In this document: positions 35,701 to 47,767 of the stretch, in pieces
Position numbering within the stretch: position 1 is the first letter of the stretch
Layout: every line of letters begins with the position of its first letter
Assembly (NCBI GenBank): GCA_043228905.1
Contig: JBHGNT010000010.1
Coordinates: 8,060,001-8,124,000 of the forward strand
Reading direction: 5' to 3'
DNA length: 64,000 nucleotides
Source: Azolla caroliniana
Taxonomy: Eukaryota; Plantae; Polypodiophyta
Program-made: the position numbers and the translations under genes
Notes under the pieces: model-generated
The model's input: only the letters and a program-made list of their open reading frames with translations
Databases searched by the model: none
Told to the model about the DNA's origin: nothing

Positions 35701-38522
35701 GTGAGTAGTGGAGACTCGGCCGTGCATTCCCCGCGCAGGAAGCCGAGGAGACAGCTTACGCACAAAGAGAAAGGGAAGAAGAAGGTGTTGGATTCCGGGA
35801 CAGATAGGAACGAGTCAGACCGATGTGACTCCCACTCTGAGGGAAGCAGTGAAGGGTCTTCAAGAGTGAAGTCCACATCGACCGAGAAGACCTCGACATC
35901 GGCTAATGACCGATTACGCCGATCTACCTGCCAGAAGAACCCAGTTGTGCAGTTCGGATACAACGAGTACATGGAGCATCATTATGCGTACATGACCCGT
36001 GTAGCGGAAGCGCATGAGCTGGAGAGCTACGCAGAAGCGGTTAAGGACACGAATTGGCGCGCTGCGATGGAGGAAGACATGCACAGATTGGCGGAAAACG
36101 AGACCTTAGACCTAGTTGAGGCATCGAAGGGTGTGAAGCCAATCGGATGTAGGTGGGTGTACAAGGTCAAGTACAACACCAACGGCTTAGTCCACCGATA
36201 CAAGGCCCGGTTAGTGGCAAAAGGCTACGCGCAGAAACACGACATCCACTACGATGAGACGTTTGTGCCGGTCGCGAAGATGACGACCGTCCGTGTTTTG
36301 CTGGCGGTAGCTGCGGCAAAGGGGTGGCACTTACATGAGATGGATGTAAAGAATGCGTTCTTGCAAGCCGAGTTTGAGGAACAGGTGTACATGGTAGAAC
36401 CCCCCGGATTTCACTCCGAAACGAACACGTCGGCAATGTGCCGATTGAAGAAGTCCCTTTACGGACTGAAGCAAGCCCCGCGTGCCTGGAATGTGAAGAT
36501 CACGTAGCAACTGTGTCGGATGGGCTTTGTAACGTCTAAATCGGACTCTTCCTTGTTCATCGGGAAAGTTCGACTCAGTCCTGTCAGTATTTTACTATAT
36601 GTTGATGACTTGGTCATCACCGGCACCGACCTAGGTGAAATCGACCGTGTGAAGCTCCAGCTTGTGGCATCATTCGACATGAAGGATTTGGGGGATCTTC
36701 ATTACTTCCTCGGGATCGAAGTGATCCGTACCCCTGAAGGCATATTGATCAGCCAACGCCATGTGTGTTGAGTATGCTCTTCAAATTCGAGATGGCCGAT
36801 TATAAGTCCGTCTCGACTCCTCTGGATAGAACCATCAAGCTTCGCCCCAATTCCGGAAAGGTTTGCGACCTGACGAGGTTCCGACAAATTGTCGGAAGCC
36901 TTATCTACTTGACAATCACCTGACCCGATCTCAGTTATGCGGTCGGGGTGATCAATCAGTTCATGGCGCGACCTACCGAGGAGCATCTTCAGTGTGCGCA
37001 ACGTGTACTACGGTACGTAAGCGGCACTAAGGACCGGGGACTGCTATATCGGACTGGTACAACCTCGTAGTTGGTCGGCTACACTAATGTTGATTGGGCT
37101 GGTAACGCCGCTGATCGTCGATCCACATCCGGATACACGTTCTCTCTTGGGAGTGCCGCGATAGCGTGGAGCAGTAAGAAGCAGCCAACAGTTGCACTGT
37201 TGAGCACTGAAGTTGAGTACTGAGGAGCAGCTGTCGCGACATGTGAAGCCATATGGTTGAAGTGGCTAGTTAAGGACCTGCAAGAGGAGGTGTCCGATCC
37301 GACGACGATCTACTACGACAACCTCAACAACATCCAACTCGCGAAGAACCCGTTTTCCACGCACGGACCAAGCACATTGAGGTGCACTACCATTTTGTCC
37401 GTGAGCGTGTCCTTTCTGGTGAAGTCGAACTTCAGTATGTTCCGACGGATCGGCAAACTACCGACATCTTCACCAAGCCCCTTCGTCTGGACAAGTTGCG
37501 GCAGTTCTTGGGTGCGCTTGGGTTGCATCACCTCGACGTGCCAAACTTGAGGGGAAGAACAGTCTCGAAATACCGAGCAAGGGAGCAAGAAGGGAGCGGA
37601 AGAGGTCGCGACACCGAGTCGGATGACGAATTCGACTTCGGATCGGCTGAAGAAGCCGAGGGCAGATCTGCAGAAGAGTCCAAAAGCGGACATAAGGGGA
37701 GCAACCGAAAGAAAGAGCCGAAGCCAACCAAGCATGGGGGAGATGACGCCGTCAAGGGTGAGAAGACCGAAGACGAGTTGGAGACAGCCAACTCGGACGA
37801 GAGCGAAAACTGATCAAAGGTAGCCGAGTCGGTTCGGATGTTTGACTCGGATACACTGAATCAACCGAGGGCCAAATGGAAAAGAAGGAAGCAGGAGAAG
37901 CACCAACATCGCGACAACAAGGGAGTTGTGAAGGGCCGTGGGAGGAGACAAGCCAACCGGAAGGGTCGAAGCGCGCGGAGTTGAACATGCCGAGGAGCGC
38001 GAGCGAGGCGTGGAGCCAGGAGGAACCCCGGAGCGGTGATCCGAAAGATCCCGAAGAGCTTTAAGTTGAGCTTGAGGGGGAGTGTTGAGAGACAAGCTCA
38101 ACATCGACCGGATCGGCTGAGCAAGCCGAGGACCAGATCGGTTGGGACTGATCGGTTAGGCCGGATCGGTTGGAAACCGATACGCAGACCGATGCGTAGG
38201 AAGGCCGGATTGGTCCAGAAACCGGGAGGCCATTGGAAAGATATTCCGCAAGGAATATATTTGGGAGTTAGTGTAGGGGCTCCTTAATGAGCATTGAAGT
38301 ACGGTCAGTACTCTTTCAGTCCGAAAAGGACTTGTATAAAAGTGTTCATTGAACACACACGATGTACAAATTGAGTATTATTTTTGAAAAAGTTCTTGTG
38401 TTTACTCTCTCTCTCTCTCTCTCTCTCTCTCCCGTGCGTACTTTGCAAACCTAAGCTTTCCATTAAACCTGCGTTTTCTGTTGTTCGGTTTCCTATATTG
38501 CTTCCGCACGCCATTCTTTTCA
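32740..38522 (+). mobile_element. Full-length Ty1/copia element A2 (subfamily b), 5783 bp, inactivated by stops
   Basis: LTRs 32740-33174 and 38083-38522. TSD GATCC on both sides. PBS TGGTATCAGAGC at 33175 and PPT GAGGGGGAG ending 38082. gag-PR-IN-RT-RNase H order. Confidence 0.98.
33257..37813 (+). pseudogene. gag-pol of copia A2 with C-terminal extension
   Basis: MDRGMASSLLTDKLDR start. Many in-frame TGA/TAG at CGA/CAG/TGG positions. The RNase H frame continues to ...ETANSDESEN*. Confidence 0.9.
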
Positions 38523-38880
38523 GATCCCCACTAGGAAAGTGAGCAGTTGTGATCCCCACCAGAACTAGAAGGTGAGCAAATTGAAATCGATCCTTGTCAA
38601 AAGAAAGTGGAGCAAAATGTAGAACAAAAATGAAAATGGAGTGCAAGCGAGCAATGATTCGATCCCCACCAAGAAAGTGAGCGGTTGTAACCCCCACCAA
38701 AACTAGGAAGGTGAGAGATCAAAATCGATCCTCACCAAAGGAAAGTGGAGTGAAACTTGAACCAAAATGAAAATGGAGTGCAAATGAGAAATGATTTGAT
38801 CCCCACCATGAAAGTGAGCGGTTGTAACCCCCACTGTAACTATGAAGGTGAGCGATTGAAATCAATCCTAGCCAAAATCG
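38523..38880. repeat. ~138-bp tandem repeat, about 2.6 units
   Basis: GATCCCCAC..GAAAGTGAGC.GTTGT units start at 38523, 38661 and 38798. Confidence 0.85.
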
Positions 38881-39196
38881 TGATGCAAAATGATACGTTT
38901 AGATGATGATTTTGACAATGAAGAGGGTGAAACAATTATGATAATGAAAGACCATACAAAGTAGTGTTGATGACGATGAAGATTGGGCAAAGTAGCATTT
39001 GATGAAGACAACAAGAGGTGCTGAAAATGATGATGTCGAAGACAAGGCAACGAAGACGATGATGATGAGTAGGCGTCTCTAAAACTAAGGATGTTGATGA
39101 CGTTAACTCTGGAAGCAAGGAAGGTGATGATGGTAACTCTAGAAGCAAGGACGATAACGAAGATGGGTGATGCTTCCAGTTCGAAGGGATTCAAAA

Positions 39197-39671
39197 TGTC
39201 ACGAACACACCAACTACGGACTCGGACAAAGCATGGATGATGGGGCTACGAGTGTGGAACTTTAGAAGTTGGGAATGACACAAGAGCATGAAGACAGAGA
39301 TAAAGATCAAGGAGACAAGATGGAATGAAACGAGAATACTAGGTTGATGTGTCAATGACTGGCGTTGAATCCCTTGAAAGGGACCAATGAAGTTACAAGT
39401 ATTTATACAAGTTCTGAGATTGAATATCTAGACTAGAATATACTCGAGAAATATCTCTAAAATATACCTGTCTAGAATATACCATACAATATTTCTAGAA
39501 TATACTAACGACTAGGATATTCTGATTTTGAAATGTAATATATCCTAGACTATAAACTATTATATACAAATGCATGCTCATATCAAAATGGTTGAGCATG
39601 ATATCTTGTTGATGTGAGGTTGTAGGTTCAATCCTCACCAACTATGTATTTTATGTCACCATGTCGTGACA
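39197..39671 (-). mobile_element. Solo LTR (TGTCACGA...TCGTGACA) carrying a tRNA-like module
   Basis: Perfect 8-bp inverted termini. Minus-strand TATA (GTATTTATACAAG), a TCTAGA-rich block and a B-box GGTTCAATCC at 39625. TSD imperfect. Confidence 0.8.
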
Positions 39672-41551
39672 AAACCCAAGAATGTCCCCCTCAAGCTCAA
39701 CTCGTGAACTTATCTTCCTCATTTATTCTTTTCTTCTCTTCTCCTCCTCAACGTACTTCAGGTCTTAGGATTTATTTTTCGTCTTCTTAATGAATTTAGG
39801 GTTCTTACTTCTTGTTTTATTTTGGAAAATTATCACCATTGTAATAATTTACCTCAAATTCTTATAAACCTTATTTTATAAAGGGTTTTTTTTTCTTAAT
39901 AAAAAATTTCTAGCCTACAAAGTAGTCAATCTAGACTTAGCATTGTGAAATCCATTCATAATCTCATGTTTTTTTCTGAAAAAATATTCTTAATTAGTAG
40001 AAATTCTGCATACATGATGAAACAATTAGGCTGAAAACATTACAATGGCTTTAGCCATGATGACCTATGAAAACCACAAATAAGGGTAGTGAAAGACAAA
40101 AGAAAAGACATGAGACATCGCATATGTAGTGAACGTAGAACATTGTCCTCCGTTTGAATGTAACCATGTCCTCCGGCTCCATAATGATAACAGTTATCCT
40201 TCTTTTCCTTTCACCTATTCTCCAACTTGCAACTCCTATAATGTTACATGAGGTATGATGAACCATATTGACATAGAACGCGGTGGGTTGCCTTGGTCTA
40301 ATGCGACCATCTCCTTCATCTCCTCAACCATCAAGAATATGCTTCTAATCTCCACACCATCAACACTCATCCTTTTCAAAAACTTAAGAAGTATTCTTCA
40401 TGTTTCCACATCAACCATCTCACCGGTTACCACCAAAATCCTGTACCTACAACAACAAAATGTCGGGATTTCGGTCCCTCCGGATGGGATTTTGAGAACC
40501 GGATGCAGAAGACCCGGTGAGAACTGGATGTAGAAGACATATTTATAAATATGTTTTTTTTAGTAAGCCCATGGAGGCTATATTTGTAAATAGTCCTAAA
40601 GGCGTATTAGTATAAATATGACCTAGGGCAAACACTTATGTGTGTATTGTTGCTATATTGTTTTATAGAGAGAGCGACAAAGAGCGCGATAGAGAGAGAG
40701 AGTGTGAGATACAAAGAAATACTCTGTTGTAACCGTCGGTTGGCGAAGAAACAGAGCTCGAGGTCATTGCCTCTGAGTCTCTAATTGTACCCCCTTCTCT
40801 CCATAGTGATAGTTCGGAGTTTGTGGGTGTTGAGAGACAAGCTCAACATCGGCCGGATTGGCTGAGCAAGCCGAGGACCGGTGCGTAAAACGGATACGCA
40901 AACCGGTGCATAGGAAGGCCGTATCGGTGCGTAAACCGAAAGGACGTTAGAAAGATATTCCTTGTAAGGAATAATTTTGGGAGTAAGAGTCGAGGCTCAT
41001 TTATGAGCAGTCAAGTACTATCAGTACTTGTGTCAGCTCGATTTTCAGGGCTTGTATAAAAAGTGCTCACTGAGCACATCCTATGTATAGATTGAGTAAA
41101 ACGGATACGCAAACCGGTGCATAGGAAGGCCGTATCGGTGCGTAAACCGAAATGACGTTAGAAAGATATTCCTCGTAAGGAATAATTTTGGGAGTAAGAG
41201 TCGAGGCTCATTTATGAGTAGTCAAGTACTATCAGTACTTGTGTCAGCCCGATTGTCAGGGCTTGTATAAAAAGTGCTCACTGAGCACATCCTATGTATA
41301 GATTGAGTATTATTTTTGAATTAAGTTCTGTATTTACTCTCTCTCTGTCTCTCCCATGCGTACTGTGCAAACCTAAGCTTTCCATTAAACCCGCGTTTTC
41401 TATTGTTCATTTTTCCTATATTGCTTCCACACGCAATTCTTTTCATGGTATCAGAGCGCGAGGGTTGAGAACCTCTGCAGCCGACGCAACCAGGAGTGGT
41501 CGCAACCAGAGACGACACTCTGCATCCGATTGCGAATGTCGGTGAAGTTCC

Positions 41552-44500
41552 TATTGAGCGGCAAGCTCAACCGGAGCCGGATCGACTGAATAAGCCGGAG
41601 CTGGTAAGCGAGACGGATCGGGCGAAACGGATCAGTATGACGGTGAGCAACCGAACCGGCAAGCAGTGGAGGCCGGGTGCAATCTGTAACCGGAAGTCCA
41701 ATCGGAAGCCTAGTATAGGATAGACTACTAGGTAGCTATAGTCTCGTAGTAAGTGTCAGATGCTCGTGTGAGCATTGAAGTACATGGTACTTCTGTCAGT
41801 CCCAAGAGGACTTGTATAAATAGTGCTACTTAGCATAGTGTGTTGATAGAGTCTTGATATAATTTTGGAAATTACGTTCTGCTCTCTCTGTCTCTCTCTG
41901 TCTCTCTTTGTGTTGTTCTCTGTTTTACGCTTCCGCAAACACTTACGTTTACATGGTATCAGAGCATGAGGGTTGAGAACCTCTGCTGCAGACATTTACT
42001 CTTGAGAAGAAAACCCTAACAGGTCGAAAATAGACACAGTAGAAGACATGGATAGAGGCATGGCTATGTCGCTCCCGGTGGAAAAGCTCGACAGGAGCAA
42101 CTACACATCCTGGTCTTACAAGATGCACCAGTACCTGCTTGGACACGGGTACTGGAGTTATGTCGAAAGAGCGAATGATGCGGCGCCAGACTCGGCACAC
42201 AAGGACTTCCCGGTATGGGAACAAGCGGCAAGCAGGGTGATGTACTGCTTCGCGTCCAGTGTCGGCGATCAGCTGCTCAGCCACATCCGTGACGCCAAGA
42301 CACCGAAGGATGCTTGGGGGAACCTGAAAAAGGTTTTCGCCGCAAGCACCACTGCCCGGAAGCTGCAACTCAGACAGGAGTTGAGCAATGTTCGACAGAA
42401 GAACATGTCCGTGGCAGACTACACGGGCCGGATAAAGGAGATTTGCGACTCACTCGCCTCTATCAATGTTACCGTAGAGGAAGACGAGATGGTGCAGGTA
42501 TGTCTCGGAGGCCTGGCGTCCAAGTTCGAAGCGTTCCAGACTGCGGTGTGTACAAGGGAGAATACCCCCTCATTCTTCGACTTACAGTCGATGCTCCTTG
42601 TAGAGGAGAACCACGCCGGTGCATCTACCAGTGCATCCCTGGACAGCCGAATGCTGTAGACGAGAACGGATCGGTTCTGTGGGCGTGGTGGAAGAGGTGG
42701 GTCGGCACGCAATGGAGGCGGCCGGCAAGAGCAGGAACGGAGGCACTATGAGTGTGCCGACAGCAGTTCCGGGACTTCCACAAGCAGGGGGAGTCAAGGC
42801 GGTGCCGGAGGCCGGCAAGACAAATTCGCTATGGAATGCTGGTACTGTGGCAAAAAAGGCCACAGGGAAAGCGAGTGCTGGAGAAAGCGTACCGATTCAG
42901 ACAAATCCGGGTCCGGCAAGACCGGTAAGGATGGCTGGCAAAACTCGCACTACGCAAACGGATTAGGAGGATCCGGAACCGGAAAGGCCGGTAAGGGGCT
43001 AGCCTTGGTGATGAATCACAAGGCAAACTCAATGAAGAAGACCACTTCCAAAACGGAGGAAGTGTGGTATGTTGATTCCGGCGCGTCAAACCACATGACG
43101 AGCCACAAAGAGTGGTTCTCCTTTATGGAGAAACCGGATCAACCAGGAGTAGTCGAAACTGGAGACGACACTCCACACCCAATCGTGCATGTCGGAGAAG
43201 TCCCTCTAAGCCACGTCGGACAGAAAGGGAAGCTGATGAACGTATTACACGTTCCGACGATCACGAAGAACCTGGTGTCCGTCGGTCAGATTGTCGACCA
43301 GGGGATGCAGGTGCGGTTTACGCACCTCGGGTGCTTCATTGAGGATGAGGGCGAAGTAATTGCGCAAGGGCGGCGCGTCAAACCACATGACGAGCCACAA
43401 AGAGTGGTTCTCCTTTATGGAGAAACCGGATCAACCAGGAGTAGTCGAAACTGGAGACGACACTCCACACCCAATCGTGCATGTCGGAGAAGTCCCTCTA
43501 AGCCACGTCGGACAGAAAGGGAAGCTGATGAACGTATTACACGTTCCGACGATCACGAAGAACCTGGTGTCCGTCGGTCAGATTGTCGACCAGGGGATGC
43601 AGGTGCGGTTTACGCACCTCGGGTGCTTCATTGAGGATGAGGGCGAAGTAATTGCGCAAGGGCGCAGAGACGGGAGGATGTTTATCCTCAACACCAATGA
43701 CATTGGCACCGCTCTGTTCGCGAAACGACAGAAGGTCGAGTCGGACATCGACGTATAGCAGAAGCGGATAGGCCACGTCAACTACCGGAGGTTTCAAGAC
43801 CTGCAAACGAAACAAGTCGTTTTCGGTTTGCCAAAGTTCAGCGGCCGGAGAGCCGAAATTTGTGAAGCCTGCCAACTTGGGAAGCAACACCGGCTTCCAT
43901 TCCCCACCGAACGGAACCGGAGCCGTAACAAGCTCGATCTCATCCATTCGGATGTGTGGGGACTGGCACAAAGTGTAAGCCTTGTCGGGAGCCGGTACTT
44001 CGTCTCCTTCATCGACGACTATACTCGACATACTTGGATCTACCTCATTGAGCGGAAGAACGAAGTCTTCGACTGTTTCCGGAGCCTCCAGAAGATGGTG
44101 GAACGAGAATTAGAGAGGAAGATCAAATGCCTTCGGTCGGATGGCGGAAAGGAATATTTTTCCGGCCAATTCACTAGTTATCTGCAGCAGAAGGGAATTC
44201 GGCGAGAGTTCAGCTGCAGATACACACCGGAGCAAAACGGTGTGGCCGAAAGGAAGAGCCGGACACTCGTCGAAGCGGCAAAGACAATGCTGGAGGAGAA
44301 GAGCATGCCCCGGTTGTACTGGGCGGAGGCGGTCCAGACGGCCGTCTACATACAAAACCGCATTGGTGACAAGGTGTCAGCTCATGAGTTGTATTTCGGG
44401 CGCAAGCCGAACTTAAGACACCTTCGGATATTCGGCAGCATAGCGTATGTGCATGTGCCGGATCAGAAGCGGAGGAAGTTGGATGCAAAATCAGAAAAAT

Positions 44501-47500
44501 GCATCCTAGTCGTCTATGCTCAAGAGCAAAAGGGGTATAAGTGCTATAAACCCCGGACGAAGGAAGTCCGAGTTAGCGGGGATGTCGAGTTCGATGAATC
44601 GGCATCTTGGTACTCCGTACCGACTCCGACTTCCGATCCCGACCCAATGCCGGAAGATCAGGCCAGTGAGCCTGAATCAGCCTTGGAAGAGGATGATGAA
44701 GCCGGGACTCAAGATGAGAGCCCGGAATCGTTGTGGTTGAGTGGACCGAACGAGCGACTGAGTCAGTTGGACCAGTCAGATGAAGAGACGGCAAGTGGTG
44801 GAGACTCTGCCGTGCTCTCCCCGCGCAAGGAACCGAGGAAACGGTTCACGCGCAAAGACAAAGGGAAAAGGAAGATGCCGGAATTCGAAACCGGCATCGA
44901 TGAGTCGGATCGGTGCGTATCCGACTCCGGAAAGGAGAAAGGCAGATCTTCGGCAACGTAGACCGAACTGGCCAAGAAGGGCCTCAAATCAGGTGACGGT
45001 GCGTTGCGCCGATCAACCCGTCAGAAGGATCCCATCGTGCGGTACGGGTACAATGAATACATGGCGCATCATTATGCGTACATGACTAAGGTGACAGAAG
45101 TGCGCGAGCCGGAGAGCTACGCAGAAGTGGCAAAGGACGCAAATTGGCGTGCCGCTATGGACGAAGAAATGCGGGCACTCGATGCCAACGAAACTTGGGA
45201 CCGAGTTGATCCTCCCCGTCAATGTAAACCGATCGGATGCAAGTGGGTGTACAAGGTCAAGTACAACGCCGACGGTTCTGTTAATCGGTACAAAGCCCGG
45301 TTAGTGGCGAAGGGATACGCGCAGACCCACGGAATCGACTACGACGAGACCTTCGCTCCTGTGGCGAAGATGACGACGGTTCGTGTGGTACTGGCGGTTG
45401 CTGCGGCAAGGGGGTGGCATCTTCACCAGATGGATGTGAAGAACACCTTCCTTCAAGGAGAGCTTGAAGAAGAAGTCTTTATGACTCAGCCCCCCGGATT
45501 TCAATCAGAGATGAACAAATCAGCGGTATGCCGACTGAAGAAGTCGCTTTACGGCTTGAAGCAAGCCCCCCGAGCTTGGAACACGAAGATTACGCACCGG
45601 TTGCGTAAGCTGGGGTTTGTTGACTCTAAGTCGGACTCTTCGTTGTTCATCCGGCAAGGCTTTGACGGTCCGGTATGTATACTCTTGTATGTGGATGATT
45701 TAGTCATCACCGAACCGGGTCTTCCCGAAATCAACCGCGTCAAGTCCCAGTTGTCGGACGCATTCGAAATGAAGGACCTGGGGAACCTCTATTATTTTCT
45801 TGGGATCGAAGTGATCCGGACGCCCGACGGCATATTGCTCTCACAACGACATTACATGTTGAATATGCTGTATAGTTCGGCATGTCGGATTGCCGACCTG
45901 TCTCCACACCCCTGGATTGGAACCAGAAGCTCCGTCCCAACTCCGGACCGGCCTGCAATGAGAAACGGTTCTGACAGGTTGTCGGAAGCCTGATCTACTT
46001 AACCATCACCTGACCCGACATCAACTATCCGGTCGGCATGGTAAGTCAGTTCATGCAGAAGCCGACCGTGGAGCACCTTCAGTACACGCAAAGAATATTA
46101 CGATATGTCAGCGGCACTAAGGACCGGGGACTGCTATACCGGCGAGGTAAACCCGAAGAGCTTTTCGGTTACACAGATGCTGACTGGGCCGGTGATGCGT
46201 CTGATCGCCGCTCCACTTCCGGATACATGTTCTCCATAGGTAGCGCCGCCGTTGCGTGGAGCAGCAAGAAGCAGCCCACAGTGGCTTTGTCAAGCACTGA
46301 GGCTGAGTACCGGGCCGCTACCGTTGCCACTTGTGAAGCCATCTGGCTTCGGCGACTGCTGCGAGACTTGTGGATCGAGGTACCGACCCCGATCCCGATT
46401 TACTGCAATAGCATGAGCAGCCTGCAACTCGCCAGGAACCCCGTGTTCCATGCTCGCACAAAGCACATCGAGGTGCACTACCACTTCGTGCGTGAGCGGG
46501 TCCTGAGCGGTGAAGTTGACCTACGGTATGTTCATACGGATCGGCAAGTTGCCGACATCTTCACCAAGCCGCTCGGATCGGACAAGTTGCAGCACTTTAC
46601 CGAGATGCTTGGTGTTTAGCATCTCGACGTGCCGCACTTGAGGGGGAGAAGCAAGGGCAAAGTCTCTACCGAAATGGGCAAAGGCCAACAAACTGTTGAA
46701 CCCATCGATAAGAGGAGAGCCGGAAGAAGAGGAGACAAGAAGATAAAGGAAGCCGAGTCGGCGAAGGAAGTCGACACATCCGAACAGGTCGGAGCAAGCG
46801 GCTGTGAAGAAGAGTTGTGCACTCAGGAAGAGAAGTGCATGTTGTGCGGAGGTCATCACGACGGTACTGACCATGATGCGGAGTCGAATGAAGAATTCGA
46901 TTTCGGTTCACCGGCTGAAGAAGCCAAGGGAAGCATGGAGAAGGCCAAGACACGGAAGTGGTCCGATGTAGTGAGAGGCCTGAAGCCGGAAGTCAAATCG
47001 GAGTGTACCGATTCAGACAAGAGTTGGAACGAGTCGGAGACAGCTGACTCGGATCAACAGATGGATCCAGATGAGTCGGATCGACTGAAGGCCAAGGGGA
47101 CACGGACATAGCGGAAGTCGATGCCATCGTGGGAGAACCGACGGATCGACAAGCGCCGGAGTCACAACAACGTGAGTGCTGAGATGGGCCTATTGAGCAG
47201 ACATGCCGACCGAGAGGGTCGAGGCGCGCAGAACCAAAGGGGTCGCGGCAAACGGGACCGGACCGGACGAGGAGCGCGAGCAAGGCGGAGTGACGCCAGG
47301 AGAAGAACCGACTGCCACAGAGGTCGACACTACGACCCCACCTCAGGTTGAGCTTGAGGGGGAGTGTTGAGCGGCAAGCTCAACCGGAGCTGGATCGGCT
47401 GAATAAGCCGGAGCTGGTAAGCGAGACGGATCGGGTGAAATGGATCGGTATGACGGTGAGCAACCGAACCGGCAAGCAGTGGAGGCTGGGTGCAATCTGT

Positions 47501-47767
47501 AACCGGAAGTCCAATCGGAAGCCTAGTATAGGATAGACTACTAGGTAGCTATAGTCTCGTAGTAAGTGTCAGATGCTCGTGTGAGCATTGAAGTACATGG
47601 TACTTCTGTCAGTCCCAAGAGGACTTGTATAAATAGGCTACTTAGCACAGTGTGTTGATAGAGTCTTGATATAATTTTGGAAATTACGTTCTGCTCTCTC
47701 TGTCTCTCTCTCTCTCTCTCTTTGTGTTGTTCTCTGTTTTACGCTTCCGCAAACACTTACGTTTACA
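41552..47767 (+). mobile_element. Ty1/copia element A3 (subfamily a), nested in the protease region of A4
   Basis: LTRs 41552-41953 (TG mutated to TA) and 47365-47767. TSD GTTCC. PBS at 41954 and PPT ending 47364. Same subfamily as A1. Confidence 0.98.
42048..47351 (+). pseudogene. gag-pol of copia A3 with long post-RNase H extension
   Basis: ORFs 42048-42659, 42831-43634, 43828-44961, 45004-45993, 46038-46619, 46629-47111 and 47121-47351. The last three are in the same frame. Confidence 0.9.

Noticed and set aside
37313-37735. Antisense ORFs over the copia 3' extension (also 46521-46874, 50651-51088)
   Set aside because: They are explained as shadows of a GC-rich sense frame, and their starts and sequences are not conserved between subfamilies.
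38523-38880. Regular repeats as a possible CRISPR-like array
   Set aside because: The whole 138-bp unit repeats with no unique spacers, the context is eukaryotic and there are no cas genes.
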